64,000 bases of DNA, taken from the sequence record NC_024794.1; one strand, written 5' to 3'. The notes under the pieces are model-generated. The model did not search any database and was not told the DNA's origin. It saw only the letters and a program-made list of their open reading frames with translations. The DNA comes from Escherichia phage vB_EcoM_PhAPEC2. A program made the translations under genes and the position numbers. This document shows positions 20,578-29,524 of the stretch, in pieces (the stretch's first letter is position 1; every line of letters starts with the position of its first letter).

Positions 20578-22664
20578 TATCCTTGGACAAATTTAAACGG
20601 AACTGATTCTAAATCCATTAAAGATGCTAACAATTTCAATCCTTTAGGAGCACTAGTTTTTTCTACAAATGAGGAGAACGATACCGGCTCATCTGATTCG
20701 ATTTCACCCGCCATAGCAACCACCTCGCCTGTTTCCATGAGAACATCGCCGTCGTAAATGACAGCTTCATCCAACTGGTCCGAGGACATGACTTCAGCTT
20801 GAATAAATTTAAGGTTGGATTCTAAACCTGCACCGGTGTCAGATGACGCATCTGTAATTTTATTTATCTGCAAGAGAATGCCTCTAGGCAAAATAATTTC
20901 TTGCTCATTAGGGTGATTACTCAACTGTCCTGGATAAATCACGTTAACTTTATGAGCGCCATCAATAGCCCATCCAACGTTAACACGGATTTGTTCTGGT
21001 GCATGCATAGCTGTTCTTACTTGACTCGGAGAAATAGTAACACCTTCGTCATTATTATCAATGTTAAGCTCTTTGCGAACTTCTTCAGGAGCAAGTCCAA
21101 GGGCAACGTTCTCTTTAAACCCACCGAAAATAATAGGAGCTAGTGAAGTGGAAACATAGTTTCTGAAGTAGAATACCTTATTTTTAACCATTGCTTCGTA
21201 AATAGGCATTCTGATAGACTGAGCTCTATATAACGTTAGTCCTTCAGGTAAACGGTCTCCATTTAAAAACGCCGAATCAAGACCATCAATAGCGCGTTTA
21301 ACTTCATCTTCATCCGCAACATCATAAAAATCTGGTTTATAACGACCTAACAACATATTATTGATATCGGTATACGCAGAAGAGGCATATTCACGAATAG
21401 CTCGTTTTTCAGCAACAGAGTATTGTTTAGGGTCCCGATTCATTGTTATATTAAAGGTGCCTTTAGCCGATTCTCGTGCATAAGTATACATCACATTAGA
21501 CAAGAACGCTGATTTACGTTGTTTCCAAGTTTTTTCAGATACTTCAGCTAAAACGTCGTCAGCCAGTTGGAAATTATCTCGTCTAAAATCTTCAAACCAT
21601 TCGTCTTTAATAGAGTCTGCAATTTCATTTGCAGCTTCAACAAAAGCAGCTAATGCTTTAACAGATGTTGTTTTTTCAGTTTTAATTTTCTTAGCAAACT
21701 TTTCTAAAGTTGGTTTAATAACACTACCATAAGAAACTTCATCAGCAAATCTAAAGGATTCATCAATACGATTATAAATCTTATTTTCGATATCAGCAAC
21801 TAAAGTGCCTTTTGCTGTGGATGATGCTTGGGCTAGTACGATTTCATATGCTTCAGGAAGTAATTCGGCTGTAGCCGGGCCACTAACTTCTTTAGCAGAA
21901 TTTTCGTATTTCTGGAATAACTCACCTTCTTGGCGGTCAGCTTCTAAAGATTGGCTTGCGGCAATAGCGCGCCGAGAAATTTTAGTACGAGCAATAACAG
22001 GCTTATCTTTACGTTTTTCTTCTACAGCAGCAATAGAACCAGCGATAGCCGTTTCTTTGGTGACCTTTTCGCCAGTCTTTTTACTCACATAAACTTCGCC
22101 AACATCAGAATCTACTTTCGTGTACAACTCTGTGTTAATGTTAGGGATGCCTTTAATATCTTCAATGTTGGCATTTTTACGAACCATCATCACATAGGTG
22201 TGTTTACCTGTGAATTGATACATTGCAGACAATACTTTAAAACGACCACCGGTTTTAGTAGAAACTAAACGAGCAAGAAGAGTTTGAAGTTGTTGTCCGC
22301 GTCCTTTCAATTTCTTGGTAGGGAATCGGAACAGAACTGCATCCATACGAAGAGCTTTAACCTGTTCATATACCGTATTGAAAATGGTGTTGATTGCATC
22401 AATAGGAGCAGGACCAAGGCCATTTTTCAATTCAGCGAGATTACCCTTTTCAGACAGACTCATAATAACAACATGAGCGTATTTGTCGCCAAGTTTAACT
22501 TGTTTTACAGCGTCGCCTTCGGAAAGGTAAGAGAATAAACGAACTACGATGTTTGTATCGATATCACCAATTTTCCAGACTTGTGGAACTTTAGCTTTAG
22601 GGTTCAAATTGACGACAGGAAGACTGCCTTCAGATTCAAACACTTCATTTAATTGTTCAGACAT
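20577..22664 (-). CDS. alt: Alt, packaged ADP-ribosyltransferase
   Basis: 695 aa; ART R-S-E signature near C-terminus (LYRAQS ... YVSTSL ... EQEIILP); T4 Alt ~682 aa. Confidence 0.85.
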   Translation of the reverse strand: MSEQLNEVFESEGSLPVVNLNPKAKVPQVWKIGDIDTNIVVRLFSYLSEGDAVKQVKLGDKYAHVVIMSLSEKGNLAELKNGLGPAPIDAINTIFNTVYEQVKALRMDAVLFRFPTKKLKGRGQQLQTLLARLVSTKTGGRFKVLSAMYQFTGKHTYVMMVRKNANIEDIKGIPNINTELYTKVDSDVGEVYVSKKTGEKVTKETAIAGSIAAVEEKRKDKPVIARTKISRRAIAASQSLEADRQEGELFQKYENSAKEVSGPATAELLPEAYEIVLAQASSTAKGTLVADIENKIYNRIDESFRFADEVSYGSVIKPTLEKFAKKIKTEKTTSVKALAAFVEAANEIADSIKDEWFEDFRRDNFQLADDVLAEVSEKTWKQRKSAFLSNVMYTYARESAKGTFNITMNRDPKQYSVAEKRAIREYASSAYTDINNMLLGRYKPDFYDVADEDEVKRAIDGLDSAFLNGDRLPEGLTLYRAQSIRMPIYEAMVKNKVFYFRNYVSTSLAPIIFGGFKENVALGLAPEEVRKELNIDNNDEGVTISPSQVRTAMHAPEQIRVNVGWAIDGAHKVNVIYPGQLSNHPNEQEIILPRGILLQINKITDASSDTGAGLESNLKFIQAEVMSSDQLDEAVIYDGDVLMETGEVVAMAGEIESDEPVSFSSFVEKTSAPKGLKLLASLMDLESVPFKFVQG

Positions 22665-22680
22665 AGTGTTTTCCTTTTAG

Positions 22681-22720
22681 TAATAATTTATATTTATGCC
22701 AAAAAGAGCCCGAAGGCTCT
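22681..22720 (-). terminator. Hairpin with U-tract upstream of alt
   Basis: AGAGCC-CGAA-GGCTCT; minus strand reads UUCG loop then UUUUGG. Confidence 0.5.
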
Positions 22721-22929
22721 TAATCCACAATCGGGAGCAAAGTACGATAAACTTCAAAATTAGGGCCTTTTTCGTACCCATTAACGTTATCTACGAAAAC
22801 CCGATACGAATTTTCATTAGGAAAATCTAATATAATCTGAGAGCAAGAGGTGGAAACATCTCCACCATCCTTCTTAGCTACAATAACTGTTTCTAAATAA
22901 GCTTTCATTATAAACCTGTCTGGGACCAC
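22720..22929 (-). CDS. Hypothetical protein (69 aa)
   Basis: ORF between ligase and alt; overlaps ligase 3-prime end by 22 nt, start uncertain. Confidence 0.35.
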   Translation of the reverse strand: MVPDRFIMKAYLETVIVAKKDGGDVSTSCSQIILDFPNENSYRVFVDNVNGYEKGPNFEVYRTLLPIVD

Positions 22930-24401
22930 GGTCCAAATACGTCTTCAAATGAATCCGCTTCTGTTTTATCAAAACGGAACCCTTTAATAATTGGAAGAAA
23001 AATACCTACAGTACCTTCACGGCCTTTAGAATGAACCCAACCGTTACATTCACAATCAGCGATACGTCCAATTAATTTACCTTCACGAGCTTCGGTCATT
23101 AATCGTTCACGGTCTAAATCATGACGCTCGTCTAAAGGAATAAGAACCTTTACACCATCAACTGTTTTATGAGTTGTATCTTTAAAACCTGAACCACAAT
23201 CGGTTGTAATACGACGACAACGTGATACGAGTTCGACACCACCTAATTTGTTAGGGTCTTTAGAGTGTTCATAGTATCCTACAACTTCTAAAGCGATATC
23301 AATAACTTCTTTAAATTTAATTAGGTTCTTAGAGCGTTTGTTTTCCCAATATGAATCACGGTTTTTAAGGATAATACCTTCAAGACCTTGGTCAACATAT
23401 TTTTTATAAACCACTTTAGCTTCGTCAAGATTACGAACTAACTGATTTTCAATTGGCTCAATTCGCTTAAAGCCTTCAGCCATATTTTCAAGAGCAGCAA
23501 AACGAACATCGTATTTCTGACCTTTAATTTTGCCATCAGAATAGACTTCATCTAAAGGAACATAGTCCCAGGCTTGAAGAACCATACCTTCCGCTTCTTT
23601 AGGAGAAATAGTCCCTTGAAGAGATTTATTTGCTAAACCATTTGAAGTGCTACGGTCTGCAACTTGTACTTCTTCGGATTCTTCATTATCACCAAATAAG
23701 AACGACAGGTCATTTCCTGAGCTCACAGCCTTTTTAATATCAAATGAATGATAAACTAATTCACCGTCGATTAAAACCCCATTAGGGTGTCTTTCACGAG
23801 CTTCTTTAGTCATTTCCATTAGTTCATCTGCTAATAGGGTAAGACCATGGTATTCATTACCAGCACGAGAAAAGAATTGAACACCAGCATCGCGAACTTC
23901 AGCGAAACAACGAGCACCATCGGCTTTTAATTGAGCAAATGCAGGCCATTTAATATTTTTAGTAATCAATTTCTCATCATATGCAGATGCTAACATCTGT
24001 GGTTGCAATTGAATAAGTCCAGGCCACACCTTATTCGCGATAGACACTGAAGCACCTACTTCAAGGTCGCGCATCATTACACGACGAAGGACTTCTACAT
24101 CATCAGGTTTACCGTCAGCGATATAACCCATGAGCTCTTTAATTGCAGCATTACCAGTGAGTTTACGAGTGGCTAATGTGAACTCAATAAAATCCAACAT
24201 GTCATCTAATTCAAGAAGACCATATGCTTGAGACCTTTCACCTGGTCCTGGCCATTTCTTAATATAATACTGGATACCACGTGCATATGCTAAACGATAC
24301 ACACGTTCAAGTAATTTGTTGTCCTTATTTTTCTTAAGGATTTCTTGTTTTGTTTTAGTAGAACCGATCGCAGCTATTTGGTTTAAAATATCTAAAATCA
24401 T
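22908..24401 (-). CDS. 30: ATP-dependent DNA ligase gp30
   Basis: 497 aa; adenylation motif I KADGARC; N-terminus matches T4 DNA ligase as recalled. Confidence 0.9.
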   Translation of the reverse strand: MILDILNQIAAIGSTKTKQEILKKNKDNKLLERVYRLAYARGIQYYIKKWPGPGERSQAYGLLELDDMLDFIEFTLATRKLTGNAAIKELMGYIADGKPDDVEVLRRVMMRDLEVGASVSIANKVWPGLIQLQPQMLASAYDEKLITKNIKWPAFAQLKADGARCFAEVRDAGVQFFSRAGNEYHGLTLLADELMEMTKEARERHPNGVLIDGELVYHSFDIKKAVSSGNDLSFLFGDNEESEEVQVADRSTSNGLANKSLQGTISPKEAEGMVLQAWDYVPLDEVYSDGKIKGQKYDVRFAALENMAEGFKRIEPIENQLVRNLDEAKVVYKKYVDQGLEGIILKNRDSYWENKRSKNLIKFKEVIDIALEVVGYYEHSKDPNKLGGVELVSRCRRITTDCGSGFKDTTHKTVDGVKVLIPLDERHDLDRERLMTEAREGKLIGRIADCECNGWVHSKGREGTVGIFLPIIKGFRFDKTEADSFEDVFGPWSQTGL

Positions 24402-24667
24402 TTGATGTCCTCGATTTTGGTTACGGTTCTATTATAAGCCACTTCATCTAGAAGCGATTTCAGCGTTTTCTGATAAGTGGTAATCCATTTACCGAGCCCT
24501 TCAACATAATATTCTGAAATGTAGATGAACCCTTGTTCAACACACTCTTTAAATATTTCTGCGTCTTTTACTGAACGAAACAATGGCCAGTCTCGAAAGA
24601 ACATGTTAACGTGACCGTAGTCACGTGTGGTATTTTTGCCATCTGTAATATCATGAACTACAAACAT
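24398..24667 (-). CDS. Hypothetical protein (89 aa)
   Basis: ORF overlapping ligase start by 4 nt (translational coupling). Confidence 0.45.
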   Translation of the reverse strand: MFVVHDITDGKNTTRDYGHVNMFFRDWPLFRSVKDAEIFKECVEQGFIYISEYYVEGLGKWITTYQKTLKSLLDEVAYNRTVTKIEDIK

Positions 24668-24676
24668 AATTAACCC

Positions 24677-25501
24677 TTAACAATTTATAGACCAAGTCCA
24701 TTTAGACGAATCTAAAGGAAAGTTTTGAATCGTCCACCACGGCTGCATATCAGTTGGTCCTGGGGTTCGCCAGGTATATGGAGTACGTGTTGTCGAGGGG
24801 CCACCAATTTGATTAGGCCATGCGCCTGGACTTGTTGCACCAGATTCTTTAAGCAAATCCGCCAATCGTTTTAAAAGGTCTTCACGATCTGAATCTGAAT
24901 TATGCTCTGGTGGAACCAAACGAGATTCAATATCATCCCACGTGTGTACACGTTGTGCAGTACGAGGAATGGCATCACGTTCACCACGAGCCAACCAATA
25001 AATCGGTACATTAAGAATTTCTGCCGCATGGTCACAGTGATGAGCTAAATCGTCAACATAACAAATCACGTTATATTTTGTTTTAGCTAGTTCGAATAAT
25101 TGTTCCTTTGAAGAATCATGACCACACATCATTACTTCAGAGAAAGCGCCTGGGAACAAAGCATTCAAATTAAATTGTCTATTCAATCGAGCATCAATTG
25201 AATCACCTAGCGCCGTCACGGCTACAAAATTATAGTCTTCTTTTAGTTTATTGATAACTCGAAGAGCATCCGAATAAGGCGCTAAGTAACGAATAAAATC
25301 AGAGCGATTATATTTTTCTATTAATTGTTTACCAAGGTTATCGTCGGTATTGAACAGTTTACCAGGAGAAATAAATTTTTCGTCCTGAATCATTTTTAAA
25401 ATATGTTCTAATGGAAGGTTATATTTTTGGGCAAAATAAGGAAGTCCAGATTGCCAGCTTAAACATACACCATCAATATCAGTCAAAATAGTAGGCTTCA
25501 T
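24677..25501 (-). CDS. Hypothetical protein with HAD-like phosphatase motifs and Pro/Trp-rich C-terminal tail
   Basis: 274 aa; N-terminal ILTDIDGV (HAD motif I DxDG[TV]) and later YVDD (motif IV-like); C-terminal ~60 aa unusually rich in P/T/W. Confidence 0.5.
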   Translation of the reverse strand: MKPTILTDIDGVCLSWQSGLPYFAQKYNLPLEHILKMIQDEKFISPGKLFNTDDNLGKQLIEKYNRSDFIRYLAPYSDALRVINKLKEDYNFVAVTALGDSIDARLNRQFNLNALFPGAFSEVMMCGHDSSKEQLFELAKTKYNVICYVDDLAHHCDHAAEILNVPIYWLARGERDAIPRTAQRVHTWDDIESRLVPPEHNSDSDREDLLKRLADLLKESGATSPGAWPNQIGGPSTTRTPYTWRTPGPTDMQPWWTIQNFPLDSSKWTWSINC

Positions 25502-25965
25502 AAAGAATCTCTTAATAGGTTTAACACATCAATAAATTCAGCTTCAGTTAGTATTGTATCATCTTTTGTTAGACCACTAGCCATGCTGTGCTTCAAAATT
25601 TTTCCTTTAGAGGCTTGTAAGGCATCACGAAACCCCTTGTTTTGGATCGCGGCTTCAAAATATGCATTTGTGTATAATTCTTTCCACGCTTCGGAGTATC
25701 TTGAAAATGGAACTCCTAACCAGAAGAGAGTCCCGCGGTCCTGAGCTCTTGCATAAGACCTTCCAGCTTGCTGTGCAGCCAATCCAGACAACCCAAATAT
25801 ACGTCTTTGTTGTTCAACATTTTTCACCTTACATCCTTGGAGAAATCCTTCAAGACCTCCGAATTGAATACCATCCATAACAAAAGGCCATTGAGCAAAG
25901 TTACTTAATGCACATGACGGCCACTTGAAATTACTTCTTATTTCTAATTCAGACATCTTTAACAC
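25498..25965 (-). CDS. YbiA/NADAR-like (DUF1768-type) protein
   Basis: 155 aa; segment LSNFAQWPFVMDG...LEGFLQGCK resembles the YbiA/NADAR signature (E. coli YbiA FSNFAAWPIKVDG...SEHYFQAQK, from memory). Confidence 0.5.
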   Translation of the reverse strand: MLKMSELEIRSNFKWPSCALSNFAQWPFVMDGIQFGGLEGFLQGCKVKNVEQQRRIFGLSGLAAQQAGRSYARAQDRGTLFWLGVPFSRYSEAWKELYTNAYFEAAIQNKGFRDALQASKGKILKHSMASGLTKDDTILTEAEFIDVLNLLRDSL

Positions 25966-26167
25966 TTATAATTTCAACATCAGCCCAATGGCCGTATCCT
26001 GGTATACGATCTTCGATAGATAAATTTCTGTCATTTTTAGGCATTTTAATTGACGTAACGTATGGTTCTAAACGGTTTTCTGCATAATATGGAAAAACGT
26101 CCGTCACACGATAAGTAACTTCAATCATTTCTGTACCAAACAATTTCTGGATTAATTTTTTAAGCAT
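25949..26167 (-). CDS. Hypothetical protein (72 aa)
   Basis: ORF in early gene cluster; overlaps neighbour by 17 nt. Confidence 0.4.
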   Translation of the reverse strand: MLKKLIQKLFGTEMIEVTYRVTDVFPYYAENRLEPYVTSIKMPKNDRNLSIEDRIPGYGHWADVEIISVKDV

Positions 26168-26171
26168 TTTA

Positions 26172-26459
26172 TTAGAACCTCATCTGAAAGCCATGTGATT
26201 TAACATTACCGCCGCCAATATCAGAAATGTTAATTTCACTTGCAATCGAAGGATCGATGTCAATTTCACGATTAAGTTTAGTGATAGCTAAAGTATCATG
26301 CCCATTTACTGTACGAAACTCCAAAGGACATACTACGTTGACGTAGTGTTTAATTGACTCGCTAGTAGGTTGCAAATGGGCTGGAAGGTCTTTAGGTGCT
26401 TTAGAGAAAACAACTTCACAAAAGTTTTTGCGGGTATCAAAATAAGTGGTCATAAACAT
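26172..26459 (-). CDS. Hypothetical protein (95 aa)
   Basis: ORF in early gene cluster. Confidence 0.4.
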   Translation of the reverse strand: MFMTTYFDTRKNFCEVVFSKAPKDLPAHLQPTSESIKHYVNVVCPLEFRTVNGHDTLAITKLNREIDIDPSIASEINISDIGGGNVKSHGFQMRF

Positions 26460-26500
26460 AATATTTTCCTCAATTGGGAGCCGAAGCCTCCATTTTAAGA

Positions 26501-26929
26501 TTAGATATCGAATTCGTTAAGAACTACATCAAAGATTGCTTCGAGATGTTCAGGTTTAGCTCGGTTACTCAGGATATGACGAATCCAAGTTTTAACCAGA
26601 AGTTTACGATTAACACCGTTCCAGCAAGGATGAGTACCTAAATCACGTTGACGGAAATCGTCATCTAATGCAATTTTGAAGTTGGAACCTTCCATCGTGA
26701 TTGAAACCGTGATGCCATTTTCAAATCGCATATAAACGTAATTAGGAGTCATATACTGCTCAATTTCGCATACTGAACCGTTATTATGCTTCCATAAGCA
26801 AATCGTATCGATAGAACCAGCGATACCGTTAGAAACATATTTGCGTTCGAAGTTGGTGTAGTTCATTTTATTCTCCAGATGTTTAAGTTGTTTGTTGGTA
26901 CAGGTATATAATAACATATCCTGTACCAA
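26501..26929 (-). CDS. Hypothetical protein (142 aa as given; true start may be the internal Met MNYTNFERKY)
   Basis: ORF; start ambiguity. Confidence 0.4.
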   Translation of the reverse strand: MVQDMLLYTCTNKQLKHLENKMNYTNFERKYVSNGIAGSIDTICLWKHNNGSVCEIEQYMTPNYVYMRFENGITVSITMEGSNFKIALDDDFRQRDLGTHPCWNGVNRKLLVKTWIRHILSNRAKPEHLEAIFDVVLNEFDI

Positions 26930-26940
26930 AGTAAACTGGT

Positions 26941-27309
26941 TTATGCAACTTTAATCCAATTGTCTAAATTTAAAACACCTTTGGCTTTCATTTTTTCGAT
27001 CAGGTTATCTGCTGTAATGCGTCCATTTTGATACCATGTAACATCTTCAGAGTAACCAGTTTCTTCATCAACATATGTTTCTGAACGAATTTTACCGGTA
27101 ATAATAGTTTTTAATTCGTATGTGTCACCTGTGAAAAAGTTTGCTAACACAATTTTCCAAGAGAAATCATTTGAAGGGCCTTCAGGGGTCATACAACCTA
27201 CGAACTCAAATTGCTCTTTGTATAACATCCACTGGAATTCTTTAATTTCGATAGCTTTATAACCGTCGTGGTCTTTACATTTGATGTATGAGTTCAGATT
27301 GATTTTCAT
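26941..27309 (-). CDS. Hypothetical protein (122 aa)
   Basis: ORF; early-type promoter-like sequence upstream at about 27330-27380. Confidence 0.45.
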   Translation of the reverse strand: MKINLNSYIKCKDHDGYKAIEIKEFQWMLYKEQFEFVGCMTPEGPSNDFSWKIVLANFFTGDTYELKTIITGKIRSETYVDEETGYSEDVTWYQNGRITADNLIEKMKAKGVLNLDNWIKVA

Positions 27310-27407
27310 TTTATTCTCCGGTTGTTTTATTGATTAGGTGGTACAAGTCTATAGTAACACATCCTACAGGAGAGTAAACATCTTTTTAAACTTTTTCTGC
27401 CCTAAAC

Positions 27408-27433
27408 GCACAAAAGGGAGACCGAAGTCTCCC
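27408..27433 (-). terminator. Terminator downstream of small basic ORF
   Basis: GGGAGAC-CGAA-GTCTCCC (UUCG on minus) followed by a U-run on minus. Confidence 0.65.
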
Positions 27434-27438
27434 TAAAA

Positions 27439-27618
27439 TTATGCAACAACCTTTCCAAAACGAGAAGCATCATCTCGAAGAACTGCACGTGCTCTGCGCA
27501 TGATCTTCTCAACTGTTTGATTAATACGAGAGTTCGACCCACGCTTGTATCCAGCGCGTTTAGAGGTACCATCAACTTTCTTTTCAACTGCTTTCTTTGC
27601 TTTAGCTTGTTTTGCCAT
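27439..27618 (-). CDS. Hypothetical small lysine/arginine-rich protein (59 aa)
   Basis: Hand-translated MAKQAKAKKAVEKK...; ends just upstream of tetraloop terminator 27416-27433. The alternative frame in the ORF track (27402..27587) reads through the hairpin and was not preferred. Confidence 0.4.
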   Translation of the reverse strand: MAKQAKAKKAVEKKVDGTSKRAGYKRGSNSRINQTVEKIMRRARAVLRDDASRFGKVVA

Positions 27619-27881
27619 TATAAATTCTCTTTAAATGAAAATGCAGGACTTATTGACATTGCCTGCGCAAGCCCTCAAGGGGAACATAGGTTTTGGATAT
27701 TTAACGACAGGATAACCATAAACCCGTCATCATACCAACCACGACTTAGACAGATAACCTTTTTCTGACGCGTGATAGTACAAAATACATTCAAGAGGTA
27801 CACCGTAAAACTGTCGGGGTCTTAAAACTATAATGATTCGCAAATCATTAATCAGACAGTTCGACGGCTCCTCGATTTAAC

Positions 27882-28130
27882 TTACTTCAGGGTAATAACA
27901 AAATGACGTACTGCTTTACGAGCCGCAGAAGCCAAAGGCTTAGCATATTTCAGTTCATCTTTTGCTTCCAGTTCAGAGGCCAATACAGCTTGGGCAGGGT
28001 TCAGATGTTTGAAATAACGCAGGATTTCCAATGCTTCGGCTTCAACATCAATAGATGCACCGTAGTTTTCGTGACCATTATTCCATGCGTTTCGTTGCAG
28101 TTCAAGAGCGTGTTGTAATTGTTTAATCAT
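27882..28130 (-). CDS. rIII: Lysis inhibition accessory protein rIII
   Basis: 82 aa, same as T4 rIII; sequence matches as recalled; position between 30.x cluster and gene 31. Confidence 0.8.
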   Translation of the reverse strand: MIKQLQHALELQRNAWNNGHENYGASIDVEAEALEILRYFKHLNPAQAVLASELEAKDELKYAKPLASAARKAVRHFVITLK

Positions 28131-28246
28131 TTTAAATTCTCAATTCGAGATAATATTTAGTAGCCACGTTCGTCTGAATTTCACCTTCTTTCGACAAGTC
28201 TCTCAGTTGTAGGCTACCGCTTAGAAGAGTGTTCTCTTCATATAGT

Positions 28247-28254
28247 TATTTATA
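28247..28254 (-). promoter_or_regulatory. Possible late promoter (TATAAATA on minus strand) upstream of rIII
   Basis: Plus strand TATTTATA immediately after gene 31 stop; about 117 nt upstream of rIII start. Confidence 0.4.
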
Positions 28255-28587
28255 TCACTTATAAAGACACGGAATAGCTTTATAGTGGCATGTTACGAAT
28301 TTCTGTTTAATTTCTTTAGGTTGTTTAAGTCCCAAAGCCACAAATGGATGTGGAACATTTCGAATTTGTCCAACTGGTAGTGGAGTCAAATCACCGACTT
28401 CAACAAAACCTTCAGGAACATCAGGACCTACAGAATGAACTACACATAGTTCAGGAACTTCACCTTGAACACGTTTACCAATCACAAGTCCTGATTCGGT
28501 AACTTCTTCATCACCTGCTTGAGCGGGTTCAGAAACCAGAATGACATATTCACCAACAGCACGAATTGGGAGTTGTACTTCAGACAT
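28255..28587 (-). CDS. 31: Co-chaperonin gp31 (GroES-like)
   Basis: 110 aa; T4 gp31 111 aa; MotA-box middle promoter upstream. Confidence 0.85.
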   Translation of the reverse strand: MSEVQLPIRAVGEYVILVSEPAQAGDEEVTESGLVIGKRVQGEVPELCVVHSVGPDVPEGFVEVGDLTPLPVGQIRNVPHPFVALGLKQPKEIKQKFVTCHYKAIPCLYK

Positions 28588-28607
28588 CTTATTTCCTTGT
28601 TGTTTGA

Positions 28608-28632
28608 CGATAGATTAATAATACCATACTAT
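28608..28632 (-). promoter_or_regulatory. Middle (MotA-dependent) promoter upstream of gene 31
   Basis: On the minus strand: MotA box TGCTTTA, 12-nt spacer, TATTAT, about 20 nt upstream of gene 31 ATG. Confidence 0.6.
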
Positions 28633-28644
28633 TCGTAAAGCATA

Positions 28645-28953
28645 TTACATAAGAAGCAAACGTTCTACCGGAGTACCATCAACAGAAATTACTTTATCAA
28701 GGCGGAAAGAACGCCACTGACCTAACTCGGTATCGAATGCTCTAACTGATTCACGAGGTTCATAACGAACTTCTGTTGCCGGATTGTTATTTTCATATTT
28801 GACTTCAAGTTCATCGCGCGAAGCAAACATAGTGCGTACCTCGCCGTTAGCCTTTTCAAATACAACACAATGAACGCCTACAGACAGAATAGTTTTAATA
28901 CGTTCACGAAGAACCATAGTTTCTTGTTCAGTTAAAATCATATTATTCACCAC
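28645..28953 (-). CDS. Hypothetical protein (102 aa), 31.1-like
   Basis: ORF between cd and 31. Confidence 0.45.
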   Translation of the reverse strand: MVNNMILTEQETMVLRERIKTILSVGVHCVVFEKANGEVRTMFASRDELEVKYENNNPATEVRYEPRESVRAFDTELGQWRSFRLDKVISVDGTPVERLLLM

Positions 28954-29524
28954 AAAAGTTTCGGATTTGTTCCCAATTCAGAGAACGAAGATTATTACGA
29001 GAGTACTGAATTACTTCAATACCAGCTTGTTTTAGAATGTCTGCCCAATTTTCAGGAGACCGGTCATATAATTCTGCATATACAACCTTTTTAATACCTG
29101 ACTGTGTAATAGCTTTAGTGCAATCAGGACATGGAGAAAGCGTCGTATACAACGTAGCACCTTCAATAGAATTACCTTTACGAGCTGCAAACAAAATTGC
29201 ATTCAATTCCGCATGGATTTCATTATTAGCAGACCATGCACTATGAGCGGCCCGATGTTCTTTAGCCAAAACAAAATTATCCACCCGTCCAAATGCTGTA
29301 GTGCCTTCTTTATGCCCAGCAACGATGACCGGGCTTGGTTTATTCTTCAACCAACCGTTTTCGGATGCATGTTCGCAACAGTTTGTACCACCTGAAGGAG
29401 AGCCATTATAACCTGTAGAAATAATGCGTCCATCTTTTTCAATGACGGCACCAACTTTCCATGAACAACATTTTGATTCTTGAGAAATCAGATATGCAAT
29501 CTGAAGGTATGTGCTAGCTTTCAT
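28943..29524 (-). CDS. cd: dCMP deaminase
   Basis: 193 aa, same as T4 Cd; zinc-binding HAE ... PCPDC deaminase motifs. Confidence 0.9.
   Translation of the reverse strand: MKASTYLQIAYLISQESKCCSWKVGAVIEKDGRIISTGYNGSPSGGTNCCEHASENGWLKNKPSPVIVAGHKEGTTAFGRVDNFVLAKEHRAAHSAWSANNEIHAELNAILFAARKGNSIEGATLYTTLSPCPDCTKAITQSGIKKVVYAELYDRSPENWADILKQAGIEVIQYSRNNLRSLNWEQIRNFCGE

Noticed and set aside
22681-22700. Near-consensus late promoter (ATAAATATAAATT on minus strand) upstream of alt
   Set aside because: Does not exactly match TATAAATA; left uncalled without transcript data.
27402-27587. 61-aa minus-strand ORF from the six-frame track
   Set aside because: Its reading frame runs through the tetraloop terminator hairpin at 27416-27433; the overlapping basic 59-aa frame (27439..27618) that stops just before the hairpin is preferred, though neither is certain.
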